DNA from: Candidatus Latescibacterota bacterium
Lineage (GTDB): Bacteria > Krumholzibacteriota > Krumholzibacteriia > WVZY01
Direction of reading: 5' to 3'
DNA length: 64,000 nucleotides
Assembly: GCA_963791045.1 (NCBI GenBank)
Contig: CAWBQK010000006.1
Location: forward strand, 32,001-96,000
Shown: positions 19,961-32,242 of the stretch, one piece after another
Layout of the letters: every line of letters starts with the position of its first letter
Position numbering within the stretch: the stretch's first letter is position 1
Position numbers and translations under genes: made by a program
The notes under the pieces: generated by a model
Told to the model about the DNA's origin: nothing
Database searches by the model: none
What the model saw: the letters and a program-made list of their open reading frames with translations, nothing else

Positions 19961-20596
19961 CTAAACCTTTTCTGCTTTCTCTTTTATTAGATATTTGCAT
20001 TGTTTGTCACCATCGAGGATACATTCAACCCGTTTTGGTGTTGTAGAAACAAAATGAGCGATCAATTCCTGGTCTACCACGCAAATCTCCGGGTAATCTT
20101 CGCCCACATGATGATAAGGGCAGCTGGCTTCAACAATATAGATATTACCTTCTTCTTCCTGGAGATCGACCATGAATCCTTCTGAAGTCAAAACTTCTTT
20201 TAGCAATTCCAGGCGTTGTTTAAGATTGAGATCCTCTAAATCGATATCATTAGTTATGTCGTTAGCTATTCCCTCTGCAACTTCCTTGAACAGATTCCCC
20301 AGGACTTTTTCTGGCAAACTGGCTTTTAACTGCTCAAGCAGTCTCATTGTAAGCTGTAAATAACGCTGCGGGAATTGCTCCATTCCTTTTGGTGTCAGGC
20401 TGAATATCAAGCGTGGGCGTCCAACTCCATGTCGCTCTTCTTCAGACACGATCAAGCCTTCAGCCTCCAATTTTGTAACATGGTGGCGTACGGATATGGG
20501 ATTGATATCCACGGATTCCGCTAATTCGTTTACTGTCCTTTTTTGATTGAGAAGCAGCGAACGAAGTACTCGATTTCTGGTGTTATTACTCATCAA
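19961..20596 (-). CDS. sufR: SufR-like Fe-S cluster transcriptional regulator
   Basis: N-terminal wHTH (VRHHVTKLEAEGL...GVGRP); C-terminal CPY...IC...C...C; divergent from sufC. Confidence 0.8.
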   Translation of the reverse strand: MMSNNTRNRVLRSLLLNQKRTVNELAESVDINPISVRHHVTKLEAEGLIVSEEERHGVGRPRLIFSLTPKGMEQFPQRYLQLTMRLLEQLKASLPEKVLGNLFKEVAEGIANDITNDIDLEDLNLKQRLELLKEVLTSEGFMVDLQEEEGNIYIVEASCPYHHVGEDYPEICVVDQELIAHFVSTTPKRVECILDGDKQCKYLIKEKAEKV

Positions 20597-20627
20597 GAGC
20601 CTTCACTAATCTACATTTATCACCAAA

Positions 20628-20712
20628 AGTCTATCATTGAACCCTCCATATGTCAATAATTTATATGATAATTATCTAAAATATTGACGCAGGTGATTAA
20701 TTATGCTACAAT
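20628..20712. promoter_or_regulatory. Back-to-back sigma70 promoters for sufR and sufC
   Basis: Plus: TTGACG 20684-20689, 17 nt, TACAAT 20707-20712 (TG extended). Minus: TTGACA 20656-20651, 17 nt, TAGACT 20633-20628. Palindrome GATAATTATC at 20667-20676 lies between them. Confidence 0.7.
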
Positions 20713-20749
20713 CTGCTTTGTCAAAAAATTGAATTGGAGCCAATTTATT

Positions 20750-21514
20750 ATGTCTGAACTAGTAATCAAGAATCTACATGTAAATGTGGAAGATACAGAG
20801 ATATTGAAGGGTGTGGATCTTACTATCAAACCTGGTGAAGTTCATGCTGTCATGGGCCCAAATGGCACGGGTAAATCAACGCTGGCTTATGCTTTAATGG
20901 GTCATCCAAAATACACCGTCACGAGTGGGGAAGCTATTCTTGATGGCAAGAATTTGTTGGACCTCGATCCTAATGAACGCTCAAGTTTGGGCTTATTCTT
21001 AGCTTTCCAATATCCGATTGCAGTACCTGGAGTTTCTGTGGCAAATTTTCTGCGCACGGCTGTCAATGCGCATAGAAAATATAAAGACCCGGATGATAAA
21101 GGCATATCTATCCCTGATTTCAGGAAAAAACTAAAAGAAAAGATGGCTTTGCTCAAAATGGATCAATCATTTGCGGGCAGGTACCTTAATGATGGATTTT
21201 CTGGTGGTGAGAAAAAAAGGGTTGAGATCCTGCAGATGGCCACGTTGGAACCGCGGTTTTCCATTCTTGATGAAACAGATTCCGGCCTTGATATTGATGC
21301 GTTAAAAATCGTGGCTGATGGAGTAAATGCTATCAGCGGTGAAAATCATGGTGTTCTGGTGATCACACATTATCAAAGAATCTTAAACTATATCAAACCT
21401 GATTTTGTCCATGTCATGCTGAATGGCAGGATCGCTCAATCTGGTGGACCTGAACTGGCTCTTAAACTTGAAGAACAAGGGTATGAGTGGCTTCGGGAAG
21501 AGCTAGCTGCCTGA
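20750..21514 (+). CDS. sufC: Fe-S cluster assembly ATPase SufC
   Basis: [45 protein letters not shown]. Confidence 0.97.
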   Translation: MSELVIKNLHVNVEDTEILKGVDLTIKPGEVHAVMGPNGTGKSTLAYALMGHPKYTVTSGEAILDGKNLLDLDPNERSSLGLFLAFQYPIAVPGVSVANFLRTAVNAHRKYKDPDDKGISIPDFRKKLKEKMALLKMDQSFAGRYLNDGFSGGEKKRVEILQMATLEPRFSILDETDSGLDIDALKIVADGVNAISGENHGVLVITHYQRILNYIKPDFVHVMLNGRIAQSGGPELALKLEEQGYEWLREELAA

Positions 21515-21563
21515 CAGGTTTCTTTTCAGTAAATCCCAGATTATTTGTACAGGAGTTTTTCTC

Positions 21564-22970
21564 ATGTCAACAGACGAGAAATTAATTCAAAGTATTGGTG
21601 ATTATAAGTACGGTTTCAAAGATCCTGATGTGCATGTCTTTAAAAGCCAGAAAGGATTGAACGAGAATATAGTAAGGCAAATCTCCCAGATCAAAGAAGA
21701 ACCTGAGTGGATGTTAAAATTCCGCTTGAAAGCGCTGGAGCATTTCCAGGCAAGACCCGTACCTACCTGGGGACCCGATCTATCTGTACTGGATCTGGAT
21801 GACATTTATTATTATGTTAAGCCCACTGATGAAGAAGGAAAATCCTGGGATGATATACCAGAATCGATAAAAAGTACCTTTGACCGACTGGGAATTCCAG
21901 AAGCTGAGCAAAAATTCCTGGCTGGGGTTGGCGCACAGTACGAATCAGAAATGATCTACCACAGCATTCATGAGCAGCTGGCAGAGCAGGGTGTATTATT
22001 TAAGAGTATTGAAGATGGTTTGAAGGAACATCCAGATCTTTTCAGGGAATATTTTGGAAAGATAATTCCATTTACAGATAATAAATACGCCGCTCTGAAC
22101 AGTGCCGTTTGGTCTGGTGGTTCATTTGTTTATATACCACCTGGTTTAAAGGTGGATCTTCCACTTCAGGCATATTTCCGGTTGAATGTAGCTAATATTG
22201 GACAATTTGAACGTACCATTATTATCGCCGATGAAGGATCTCAAGTCCATTATGTCGAAGGCTGCACGGCTCCACAATATACTACCGACTCCTTCCATTC
22301 AGGCGTGATAGAGATCATGGTCAAGAAAAATGCCCGTGTTCGATATACCACAATTCAGAATTGGTCCAATAATGTCTATAATCTTGTAACTCAAAGGGCA
22401 AAGGTAGAAGAAAACGGCACGATGGAATGGGTCGATGCCAATTTAGGATCCAAGATAACGATGAAATATCCATCTTGTATGCTGGTTGGTAAAGGAGCTC
22501 ATGGGGAAATCCTTTCGATGGCGTTCTCTGGTAAGGGTCAGCATCATGATACCGGTGGCAAAGTAATTCACCTGGCTCCCGATACAAGCAGCAAGATCAT
22601 CTCAAAATCTATCAGTAAGGATGGAGGACGAGCTTCCTACCGTGGTTTGCTGCGAGTTAATAAAGGCAATACAAACGTAAAATCGAATGTAGTATGTGAT
22701 GCGCTGCTTTTGGATGATCATTCCCGATCAGACACTTATCCATATATTGAAGTCGATGAGCAGGATGTAAATATTGGACATGAAGCATCTGTATCCAAGG
22801 TGGAAGAAGAACAACTCTTTTATTTGATGAGCAGGGGATTGAGTGAAGAAGAAGCTACCAGCATGGTGGTTTCAGGTTTCATAGAACCTCTTGTAAAAGA
22901 ATTGCCCATGGAATATGCAATTGAAATGAACCGCTTGATACAGCTCCAGATGGAAGGATCGATCGGTTAA
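21564..22970 (+). CDS. sufB: Fe-S cluster assembly protein SufB
   Basis: [47 protein letters not shown]. Confidence 0.97.
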   Translation: MSTDEKLIQSIGDYKYGFKDPDVHVFKSQKGLNENIVRQISQIKEEPEWMLKFRLKALEHFQARPVPTWGPDLSVLDLDDIYYYVKPTDEEGKSWDDIPESIKSTFDRLGIPEAEQKFLAGVGAQYESEMIYHSIHEQLAEQGVLFKSIEDGLKEHPDLFREYFGKIIPFTDNKYAALNSAVWSGGSFVYIPPGLKVDLPLQAYFRLNVANIGQFERTIIIADEGSQVHYVEGCTAPQYTTDSFHSGVIEIMVKKNARVRYTTIQNWSNNVYNLVTQRAKVEENGTMEWVDANLGSKITMKYPSCMLVGKGAHGEILSMAFSGKGQHHDTGGKVIHLAPDTSSKIISKSISKDGGRASYRGLLRVNKGNTNVKSNVVCDALLLDDHSRSDTYPYIEVDEQDVNIGHEASVSKVEEEQLFYLMSRGLSEEEATSMVVSGFIEPLVKELPMEYAIEMNRLIQLQMEGSIG

Positions 22971-22982
22971 TCAAGGACAAAT

Positions 22983-24299
22983 ATGGCGAGAAAACAACCT
23001 GAGAGGGGATTTAAATTTACACGTGAAATGGTTTTAGATTCCAAGGATATGGCTCCTGTCCTTAGGAAATTCAAGAGTGATTCCTGGGACGCGTATCAGG
23101 AATTGCCATTTCCAACAATTAAAGATGAAGGCTGGCGTAGAACTTCCCTAAATGGTTTGGATTTTGGAACTATCCAACTACCGAATGGTCAAATCAAATC
23201 CCCCCCGGATTCTGGTAATAAATATGGCATTCTCAGCAAAGATGTCATCTCGGGAAAAACCTACTTCTTACTTGATGCTGCTGGTGTGCATGTAAAACAA
23301 TCTGACCAGCTCAAGAAAAAGGGTGTGATCTTGAGTAGTTTGAGTGAGGCGGCTGCCTCCCATTCAGAGCTGGTAGAAAAAGTATTAGGAAAGGTCATAT
23401 CTCCCAAAGATGGAAAGTTCGCAGCAGCAGTTGGTGCATTTGCTAAATTTGGTATTTTTATCTATGTACCAAAAGGCGTACAGGTTGAAGAGCCAGTTTT
23501 TGGTATTAGTAAAGCTTCCGGGCAAGGAACAGCTCATTTGTTCCAAACTTTGATCTACCTGGAAGAGGGAGCTTCTCTGAACTACATCCAGGAGACCATT
23601 TCAGCTAATGATGATTCTGAACAATCTTTGGCTGGAGAGAACCTGGAAATTTTCGTTGGTCCAAATGCGAATCTTCAAATTACTGAACTGCAAAATTACG
23701 GTTCAGGTGTTTGGAGTTTTGGCCACAAAAAAGCTGTGGTGGAAAGGGATGGTACGCTGGAATGGGAGATTGGTGCTCTGGGATCAGCACTCTGTAAACA
23801 TTTTGTATCCCTGGATCTGGTTGGGAATGGCGCGGAAGGCAGGGTATCTGGTTTGTTCTTTGCCGATCGTACTCAACACCTCTCGTATAATACTCTGCAA
23901 AGACACCTTGCTCCAAGGACTACCAGTGACTTGCTCTTTAAGGGTGCCTTGAATGGGACAAGCAGGTCTGTCTGGCGGGGAATGATCTATGTTGCACCGG
24001 GGGCCCAGCATATTGACGGTTACCAGGCTAACAGAAACCTAGTTCTGGACCCGGCAGCGAGATCGGATTCCATTCCTGGGCTTGAGATTCTCAATAACGA
24101 AGTTCGCTGCACTCATGGATCCACAATTGGAAAGATCGATCAGGAACAACTGTTTTATCTTCTATCCAGGGGTATACCCAGACCGGAAGCAGAACAGCTG
24201 GTTATCCAGGGTTTTTTCACTGATGTCCTGGCGCGGTTTTCGATCCCCGAAATAGGGGATGAGGTCTGGTCAGCTATCAAATCTAGGCTTTTGGATTAA
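22983..24299 (+). CDS. sufD: Fe-S cluster assembly protein SufD
   Basis: EGWRRT, beta-helix region, PGLEI...VRCTHGST...QLFYLLSRGI. Confidence 0.94.
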   Translation: MARKQPERGFKFTREMVLDSKDMAPVLRKFKSDSWDAYQELPFPTIKDEGWRRTSLNGLDFGTIQLPNGQIKSPPDSGNKYGILSKDVISGKTYFLLDAAGVHVKQSDQLKKKGVILSSLSEAAASHSELVEKVLGKVISPKDGKFAAAVGAFAKFGIFIYVPKGVQVEEPVFGISKASGQGTAHLFQTLIYLEEGASLNYIQETISANDDSEQSLAGENLEIFVGPNANLQITELQNYGSGVWSFGHKKAVVERDGTLEWEIGALGSALCKHFVSLDLVGNGAEGRVSGLFFADRTQHLSYNTLQRHLAPRTTSDLLFKGALNGTSRSVWRGMIYVAPGAQHIDGYQANRNLVLDPAARSDSIPGLEILNNEVRCTHGSTIGKIDQEQLFYLLSRGIPRPEAEQLVIQGFFTDVLARFSIPEIGDEVWSAIKSRLLD

Positions 24300-24385
24300 T
24301 TATTTCACTTTAACCAGGCTCTACTATTCACTTTTTAAAGAAGCCTGATAGAATTGTCTTGTTAACAACAAAGATGGAGGTAATC

Positions 24386-24664
24386 TTGTCATCAGTTCCT
24401 TTTTCTACTCCGCCCGCAAATGATAAGGATTTTGAGATTGGAGATCATGTTGAGGTCCTTTGTGACCATGATTTTGAAGATGATCGCGTACGTGATTGGT
24501 TAGAAGGTGTTGTGGTAAAGAAAGGGCATAAGAAAGTCGCAGTCCAATTTCATAAGAATGTATATTTAACCGATGGATGGATGGTACCCGATAGGGTCTT
24601 GTGGTGTGCTCTCGGTTCCCAAAATATTCGCAAGCCAATGAAAAGACGTCGGGCGAGATCGTAA
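24386..24664 (+). CDS. Small hypothetical protein within the suf cluster (SH3/Tudor-like beta fold suspected)
   Basis: GGAGG RBS before TTG 24386; FEIGDHVEVLCDH...WLEGVVV...VAVQF...LWC; basic tail. Confidence 0.7.
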   Translation: MSSVPFSTPPANDKDFEIGDHVEVLCDHDFEDDRVRDWLEGVVVKKGHKKVAVQFHKNVYLTDGWMVPDRVLWCALGSQNIRKPMKRRRARS

Positions 24665-24704
24665 TATTTCCAAATTGATCTGATAGTACAGCTGGAGCAA
24701 GACC

Positions 24705-25949
24705 ATGGCTGCCAAGAAAATCACCGGATATGACATAAATAAGATCAGAGAGGATTTTCCTGTATTAACACGAGAAGTGTATCCAGGGATTCCCCTTACT
24801 TATCTTGACTCTGCAGCAACCAGCCAAAAACCTAGTTCAGTCATCAATGCCATGAGTGCATATTATCAGGATACCAACGCAAATATTCATCGTGGTGTCC
24901 ATAAACTGGCTGAGGAAGCTACATTTGCATATGAATCCGCCCGTGAGCGGATTGCGGCTTTTATCAATGCTCCATCTTCAGAAGAACTGATATTCACCAG
25001 AAACACAACTGAATCAATCAACCTTGTGGCATTTACCTGGGGTAGAACTTTCCTAAAGGCTGGGGACCTGATCCTGCTGACCGAAATGGAGCATCATTCT
25101 AACCTCGTTCCCTGGCAGATGCTGGCAAGTGAACTCGATCTTGAGCTGGACTTCATTCCTGTGACTCCTGATGGCCTGCTTGACCTGGATATCTACCAGC
25201 AGCAATTAAAGAGAGAACCAAAACTTCTTGGTATTACGCATATGTCCAATGTGCTGGGGACAGTTAATCCACTGCAAGAGATCCTACAAGATGCTAAATC
25301 TGCTGGCGCTGTGACATTGGTTGATGGGGCCCAGTCTGTACCTCATTTCCGGGTTGATCTTTCTAGTTTGCCTGTTGATTTCTATGCATTTTCAGCCCAT
25401 AAGATGTGTGGACCAACGGCAATAGGCGCTTTATTCGGAAGGAAAGAGCTGCTAGAAAATATGCCGCCCTTCCTGGGTGGTGGAGAGATGATCAAACGCG
25501 TTGAGCTCCGATCCTTTAAAACCAATGATTTGCCACATAAATTTGAAGCGGGAACACCTGCGATTGCTGAAGCTATTGGTTTTGGTGCATCTGTTGATTA
25601 CCTGCAAGATATTGGTATGGATCAAATAGAGAGACATGAACGAAGTTTAACGGGCTATGCGATTGAAAAACTATCCCAGGTGCCTGATTTGCATATTCTT
25701 GGCCCTGATATCGAAGAGAAAGGGGGAGTGGTTGCTTTTTATATCAAAGGTATCCATGCCCATGATGTAGCACAGATCCTGGACAGTAGAGGAATTGCAA
25801 TTCGGGCAGGACATCATTGCGCCCAACCATTGCATCTGAAGTTCAATTTACCAGCAACCTCCCGGGCCAGCTTCTATTTGTATAATACAAGAGAAGAAGT
25901 GGACCACCTGGTGGATGGGGTTCATCGAGTGAAAGAAATATTTGCCTGA
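24705..25949 (+). CDS. sufS: Cysteine desulfurase SufS
   Basis: YLDSAATSQKP, ANIHRGVH, EHHSN, SAHKMCGP, RAGHHCAQP. Confidence 0.96.
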   Translation: MAAKKITGYDINKIREDFPVLTREVYPGIPLTYLDSAATSQKPSSVINAMSAYYQDTNANIHRGVHKLAEEATFAYESARERIAAFINAPSSEELIFTRNTTESINLVAFTWGRTFLKAGDLILLTEMEHHSNLVPWQMLASELDLELDFIPVTPDGLLDLDIYQQQLKREPKLLGITHMSNVLGTVNPLQEILQDAKSAGAVTLVDGAQSVPHFRVDLSSLPVDFYAFSAHKMCGPTAIGALFGRKELLENMPPFLGGGEMIKRVELRSFKTNDLPHKFEAGTPAIAEAIGFGASVDYLQDIGMDQIERHERSLTGYAIEKLSQVPDLHILGPDIEEKGGVVAFYIKGIHAHDVAQILDSRGIAIRAGHHCAQPLHLKFNLPATSRASFYLYNTREEVDHLVDGVHRVKEIFA

Positions 25950-25969
25950 TTAATGATTGGGAAGGATTT

Positions 25970-26359
25970 ATGGAAGACTTTTACAGGGAATTAATAATCG
26001 AGCGCTACAAAAATCCTCACTTTCGTGGTGTCCTGGATCCCAATGATATATCCTATGAAGATGATAACCCGTCCTGTGGGGATCATATTCAGATTGATGT
26101 TCGCCTGGACGAGAATGGACTTGTCACGGAAGCTCTCTTCAGTGGCGAAGGATGTGCAATTTCTCAAGCTTCTGCTGACTTGCTTCTTGAGTCTATCATT
26201 GGTAAAAGTGCCGATGAGATCAGAGAATTATCAAAAGAGGATATTCTGGAAAATTTGGGCATCGAACTTGGCCCCGTACGCCTCAAATGTGCTTTGCTGC
26301 CATTGAAAGTGCTCAAGGCTGGGATTTACGGAATAAATAAAACAGAAGAATCTGATTGA
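25970..26359 (+). CDS. sufU: SufU (IscU/NifU-like) sulfur transfer/scaffold protein
   Basis: NPSCGD, GCAISQASA, RLKCALL. Confidence 0.93.
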   Translation: MEDFYRELIIERYKNPHFRGVLDPNDISYEDDNPSCGDHIQIDVRLDENGLVTEALFSGEGCAISQASADLLLESIIGKSADEIRELSKEDILENLGIELGPVRLKCALLPLKVLKAGIYGINKTEESD

Positions 26360-26376
26360 TCAAAAGCTGATTATTG

Positions 26377-26418
26377 AAAAGCGAAACTTCATATTTGGAA
26401 TGAGGTTTCGCTTTTTTT
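26377..26418 (+). terminator. Intrinsic terminator of the suf operon
   Basis: AAAAGCGAAACTTCAT...ATGAGGTTTCGC followed by T7. Confidence 0.85.
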
Positions 26419-26558
26419 ATTTGAAATTCCTTTACTGTTTTGTTAGATGGATTCCCAGGATGCCGGGATAGTTTACAATCGAGAATGTGTTTCCTGTTTG
26501 GTCAAGGGCAAAAAAGGCAATAAGGTATAATCAGGAAGGATTTTAAGGAGCTTGGAAA

Positions 26559-28300
26559 ATGCCGTTTATCATAGGTGAGAATGTTGGTCCCTATCGCTTG
26601 ATAGAGAAACTTGGCAAGGGAGGAATGGCAACCGTGTTTAAGGCCTACCATCCAAGCCTGGATAGGTATGTTGCCATAAAAGCTCTCCATCCTGCATTTA
26701 TGGAGCACCCAGGATTTTTAGATCGCTTTGAAAGAGAAGCCAAAGTTGTTGCAAAATTGGAACACCCAAATATTGTTCCTATTTACGACTTTTCTGAACA
26801 TGAAGATCGTCCTTACCTGGTTCTAAAATACGTTCAAGGCGAAACCTTAAAAGCCCGCCTGGAAAAATCCAAACTTACTTACAAAGAATCCCGTCATATT
26901 TTCCGGGTGATCTCATCTGCTCTGGCATATGCCCACCAGGAAGGTGTACTCCACAGGGATGTTAAACCATCCAATGTGCTGCTGGACAAGACCGGTGGCG
27001 TCTATCTAGCGGATTTCGGGTTGGCAAGGATCGCGGAAACAAGCCAAACGACATTATCTGGCCAGATGATGATGGGAACCCCACATTACATTTCACCTGA
27101 ACAAGCTAAAGGTTTAGGGAACCTGGATAGCGGAACGGATATTTACTCTCTGGGTGTGATGATGTATGAGCTTTTAGTGGGAGAGGTTCCCTTCCAGGCA
27201 GACACACCTTTTTCAGTGATCCACGATCATATTTACAGCCCGCTACCCTTACCACGGGATATGAACCCGGATCTGAATGAGGAAATTGAGCGAGCGATAT
27301 TAAAAGCTCTGGCAAAGAAACGTGAGGACAGGTATGCCTCAGTGTCTGAGATGATGGCAGCCTTCTTAAAAGCTTTTGATCTCCTTATTAAGGATCATCC
27401 ATCCGAAGGTGAAGCGCCAACCCTTGCTCTGCATGAAGATGCCCGGAAAAAGACCCTTGAGCGCATCCAGGCAGAAAAGGAATTTACCGAAACTAAGGTC
27501 ATCGAAAAAGATAAAAAAGGGGATAAAGAGAGGAAAAAAAGCATTCCCGGATGGGTTTGGTGGATGGCTTCGCCTGCCCTTGTTTTGTTTTGTCTGGTGT
27601 TCAGTATTTACCAGAATGCTCTTGAAGTCCCGGGTCCGGATTTGATCACCTCAGAAACATTGACCCAGGAAGCAAACTTCCAATTAGCTCCAGAATTGAA
27701 TGAGATCAAAATCTTGAACGAGCAAATCAGGGAAAACCCGCAGGATCCCTTCCTGCGATACACCCTGGGAGTGGCCTATCTTGAGGCTGATCGTCCTCAA
27801 CTGGCTCGAGAAACGTTCCAGAAGGCATACCAATTAGCAGAGGATAATCCTCAAATCATCCTGGATTTGGGTGAAGGGCTGACGGATATCAATATCTGGA
27901 CCTATGCTGCATATAGTTTCTTAAAAGTAGAACAGCTTGGTTCACCAATCCCTGAGCAAGAACTGACCGATAAAATAAGCGAGGCAGTCTTCCAGGCGGC
28001 CTTCGAGGATTTTTCATTGGAAGTTCTTTCCGATATTCAAGATGTTGAATTAGACTCATATTTGCTCCATTTATTGGAAGCCCGGAAAGCTTTATTAATG
28101 GAAGAGTTGATGTAGCTGAACGTTTGGTTGATCAAGTAATGGCAGAGCGACCGGATATGCTGGAAGCTTACTTGCTAAAATCAGATATCATGTTTGCCCA
28201 GGAACGATTTGAAGAGGCCCGGGATTTACTCCTGGAATTGGAACAATACGAAAATTTACCAGTCTGGATTCAAGAAGAATTAAGATTACAACCAGAATAG
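26559..28300 (+). CDS. Hanks-type Ser/Thr protein kinase with TM helix and C-terminal TPR-like region (frameshift near 28100)
   Basis: GKGGMATV, VAIK, HRDVKPSN, DFG, GTPHYISPE; TM WVWWMASPALVLFCLVF; frame continues to TAG at 28300. Confidence 0.92.
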
Positions 28301-28320
28301 AATAGCTTTATGGAGGATTA

Positions 28321-29076
28321 ATGCGGAGAGCCTGTGTTGCGGGAAATTGGAAAATGAATAAATCAGTCCAGGATTCTATATCGCTGGTGAAGGAACTTAT
28401 GTCGGGATTAGATAGTATCGAAAACGTTGACAGTATCATTTGCCCACCTTTCATTGCGCTGGCTACAGTTTCTGATCTAGTTAAGAAATCAAAGATAGCC
28501 CTTGGTGCTCAGAATCATTATTGGGAAGAAAAAGGTGCTTTTACTGGAGAGGTTTCATCGGGAATGGTTGCTGAAATCGCAGAATATGTCATCCTGGGTC
28601 ACTCAGAACGCAGAGCTTATTTCCAGGACACGGATGAGGCTGTGAATAAGAAAGTCTTGGCTGCTTTGAAAGTAGGATTAAAACCAATTCTCTGTGTAGG
28701 TGAAACCCTCGATGAGAATGAAAGCGGAAAAACAGGCGAAGTCGTAAAACGCCAATTAACGAATGCTTTGACGAACGTCAGTATTGAGGATTTTGGAAAT
28801 ATTATGATTGCCTATGAACCTGTCTGGGCTATAGGCACTGGCAAAGCTGCGACTGCTGAGGGTGCTAATCAGGTCATTAAGGAATTTATCAGGGATGAGG
28901 TGTCTTCTCTTTATTCGCCCGAAGCTGCCGACAAAGTCCGTATTCTGTATGGTGGATCAGTAAAGCCTGAAAATGCTAAAGAATACTTCCAGCAGCCAGA
29001 TATTGATGGCGCGCTGGTAGGTGGAGCCAGCCTGAAGGCAGATGCCTTTATTGAGATCACCCGGGCAGCAGCTTAG
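28321..29076 (+). CDS. tpiA: Triosephosphate isomerase
   Basis: AGNWKMN, GHSERR, AYEPVWAIGTG, YGGSV, LVGGASL. Confidence 0.98.
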   Translation: MRRACVAGNWKMNKSVQDSISLVKELMSGLDSIENVDSIICPPFIALATVSDLVKKSKIALGAQNHYWEEKGAFTGEVSSGMVAEIAEYVILGHSERRAYFQDTDEAVNKKVLAALKVGLKPILCVGETLDENESGKTGEVVKRQLTNALTNVSIEDFGNIMIAYEPVWAIGTGKAATAEGANQVIKEFIRDEVSSLYSPEAADKVRILYGGSVKPENAKEYFQQPDIDGALVGGASLKADAFIEITRAAA

Positions 29077-29091
29077 TATCAAATCTTAAAT

Positions 29092-29126
29092 AAAAGAGGC
29101 TTCGATTATCGAAGCCTCTTCTTTTT
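29092..29126. terminator. Bidirectional terminator between tpiA and upp
   Basis: AAGAGGCTTCGAT-t-ATCGAAGCCTCTT flanked by A and T tracts. Confidence 0.8.
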
Positions 29127-29137
29127 AATGAGCAGGT

Positions 29138-29766
<629 letters not shown>

Positions 29767-29898
29767 GGCTCGCTCCCATAGATCTGAATTCGTATTCCAG
29801 AATTTTTTCAATTTTGTTATGATGCTGATTATATCCTGATGGTGTCTATTTGTCCCACATTCCTACGCATTTAGGTCTACTTCGGTATAATCTTAGGC

Positions 29899-30924
29899 AT
29901 GGATGACAAACAACCAGACCGCCTGGTGGATTCTGATCCGAAACCGGGCGATCATCTTGATTATGCCCTTCGTCCCCAATCTTTCGATGGTATGATCGGG
30001 CAGGATACGATCCGGGAAAATCTTGAGATATTGATCTCTGCTGCACAACACCGGGAAGAAGCCCTGGACCATGTGCTTTTTTATGGTCCCCCTGGTTTGG
30101 GAAAAACCACCCTGGCTCACATCCTGGCAAATGAGATGGGTGTAAATATTAAGATCACTTCTGGTCCAGCAGTGGAGAGAGCAGGGGATCTGGCGGCTAT
30201 CTTGACAAATCTTAATGAAGGGGATATTCTGTTTATTGATGAGATCCACAGACTGGGCAGGGCGGTTGAAGAAGTCCTTTATCCGGCAATGGAAGATTAT
30301 TCCCTGGATATTATCATTGGAAAAGGTCCTTCTGCCCGATCTGTCCGGTTAAATCTGCCGCGGTTTACGATCGTGGGGGCAACAACCCGCCTGGCGCTGG
30401 TCACAGCTCCATTACGGGCTCGATTCGGAGCAGTATACCGCCTGGATTATTACACAAACGATGCCGTCAAGAAGATCATCCAGCAAGCTGCAGAACAGCT
30501 TGAGGTGCCATCTGAGTCTGAGGGAATCAATGAGATCGCTTCCCGGTCTCGGGGGACACCCCGGGTTGCTCTGCGATTTCTCCGCCGCGTGCGGGATTTT
30601 GCCCAGGTGAGAGGAGAGGGAATGATCACCTCCTCAATTTCCAGGCAGGCGCTGGATTTATTGAAAATTGATGATAAAGGTTTGGACTCCATGGATCGGC
30701 GTGTGCTCCAGGCGATTGTAGTGAAATACCAGGGCGGACCAGTCGGATTAAAAACGATAGCAGCCTCGATTCGGGAAGATCCAGATACGATAATGGATGT
30801 GGTTGAGCCTTATTTACTCCAGTTGGGATTTATGCAGCGAACCTCCCAAGGCAGGGTGGCTACTCAGCAGGCATATATCCATTTGGGGTTGGAACCTCCT
30901 CCAGACGCAGTCAGCCCAGATTGA
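29899..30924 (+). CDS. ruvB: Holliday junction branch migration helicase RuvB
   Basis: [39 protein letters not shown]. Confidence 0.98.
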   Translation: MDDKQPDRLVDSDPKPGDHLDYALRPQSFDGMIGQDTIRENLEILISAAQHREEALDHVLFYGPPGLGKTTLAHILANEMGVNIKITSGPAVERAGDLAAILTNLNEGDILFIDEIHRLGRAVEEVLYPAMEDYSLDIIIGKGPSARSVRLNLPRFTIVGATTRLALVTAPLRARFGAVYRLDYYTNDAVKKIIQQAAEQLEVPSESEGINEIASRSRGTPRVALRFLRRVRDFAQVRGEGMITSSISRQALDLLKIDDKGLDSMDRRVLQAIVVKYQGGPVGLKTIAASIREDPDTIMDVVEPYLLQLGFMQRTSQGRVATQQAYIHLGLEPPPDAVSPD

Positions 30925-30940
30925 TCAATTGAGGAAAGAT

Positions 30941-31174
30941 ATGGATCTGATGTCATTGCCCGGATCGTGGCTGTTTTTGCTGTTGATTCTTCTTGTTGTT
31001 GCTGGTCTTTTATTTTTGGCTGTAAAATTCAATATCTCACTGGGAAACTTACCAGGCGATTTTGTGTATAAGCGTGGAAATTTGACCTGTGTGATTCCAT
31101 TAGTCTCTTCACTTCTGATCTCGGTTGTGATCACGATCATTCTCAATATCCTATTATCCTGGATAAAAAAATAA
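30941..31174 (+). CDS. DUF2905-like small membrane protein
   Basis: Two hydrophobic helices around LGNLPGDF; sits between ruvB and queA. Confidence 0.75.
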   Translation: MDLMSLPGSWLFLLLILLVVAGLLFLAVKFNISLGNLPGDFVYKRGNLTCVIPLVSSLLISVVITIILNILLSWIKK

Positions 31175-31183
31175 AGAAGTGAT

Positions 31184-32210
31184 ATGTTGAAAACATCTGA
31201 TTTTTCTTATGATTTACCGAAAGAATATATTGCCCAGCATCCCGTTTATCCCCGGGATTCTTCCAGGTTGCTGGTCTATAACCGGGAACAGGAGACGGTT
31301 GCTCACTATCGTTTTCACCAACTTGTAGATCTGCTGCGGGAAAATGATCTCCTTGTGATCAATCAAACCCGGGTGATCCAGGCTCGCTTATTTGGCAAAA
31401 AAATACCAACTGGAGGAAAAGCAGAGCTTCTGCTTCTGCGGGCGTTAAAGAAGGATGTATGGGAAGCATTGGTTGGTGGTAAAGGGATCAGGCCAGGTAT
31501 TACAGATTCAGATTGATAATGGTCCGGAGGTTCATGTTGAGGAAGACCTGGGAGGATCTTTAAGGAAGATCAGATTCCTTGATCCGATCGAGCCAATACT
31601 TGATCTGATCGGGCACGTACCTCTGCCTCCCTATATCCATGAACATCTTGATCAACCCGAGCGCTATCAGACAGTATATGCCAGGGAATCCGGTTCAGCA
31701 GCAGCTCCAACAGCTGGCTTACACTTTACACCAACTCTAATTGAAAGCATCCAACAAAAAGGGATCCAGCTTGCAAAAGTCACATTGCATATCGGCCTGG
31801 ATACCTTTGCCCCTGTGCATGAAGATGACCCCAAGGATCACAAGATACATCAGGAATGGTGTCATGTTTCAGAAGAGACCGCCGCCCAGATCAATCAAAC
31901 GAGAAAATCCGGGGGAAGGATCATCGCTGTGGGGACAACATCGGTAAGGACATTGGAAACAGCTGCCAGGAATAGTGATTTGGGGGTTGGCATTGCTCCT
32001 TTCAAAGGGAAAACCGATCTATTCATCCTGCCTGGGTTTGAGTTCCAGGTTGTTGACAGCATGCTGACTAACTTTCACCTTCCTGAATCGACCTTAGTGA
32101 TGATGGTCAGCGCTTTTACCGGCAGGGAAAAGATCCTTGAGATCTACCAACTGGCTATGAAAGAAGGATATCGATTTTACTCATTTGGAGATGCAATGCT
32201 GCTGGAGTAA
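31184..32210 (+). CDS. queA: S-adenosylmethionine:tRNA ribosyltransferase-isomerase (frameshift near 31500)
   Basis: DFSYDLP...IAQHP, PLPPYI, YQTVYA, AAPTAGLHFT, VGTTSVRTLE, TNFHLPES, YRFYSFGDAM. Confidence 0.96.
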
Positions 32211-32242
32211 GAAGACGCGAATTATTTGTTTGGGAGAATGAT

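Noticed and set aside
28321-29076. Genome-wide reassignment of TCA from Ser to Leu, suggested by the odd tRNA
   Set aside because: TCA encodes invariant serines in tpiA (GHSERR, YGGSV) and prfB (HTSF).
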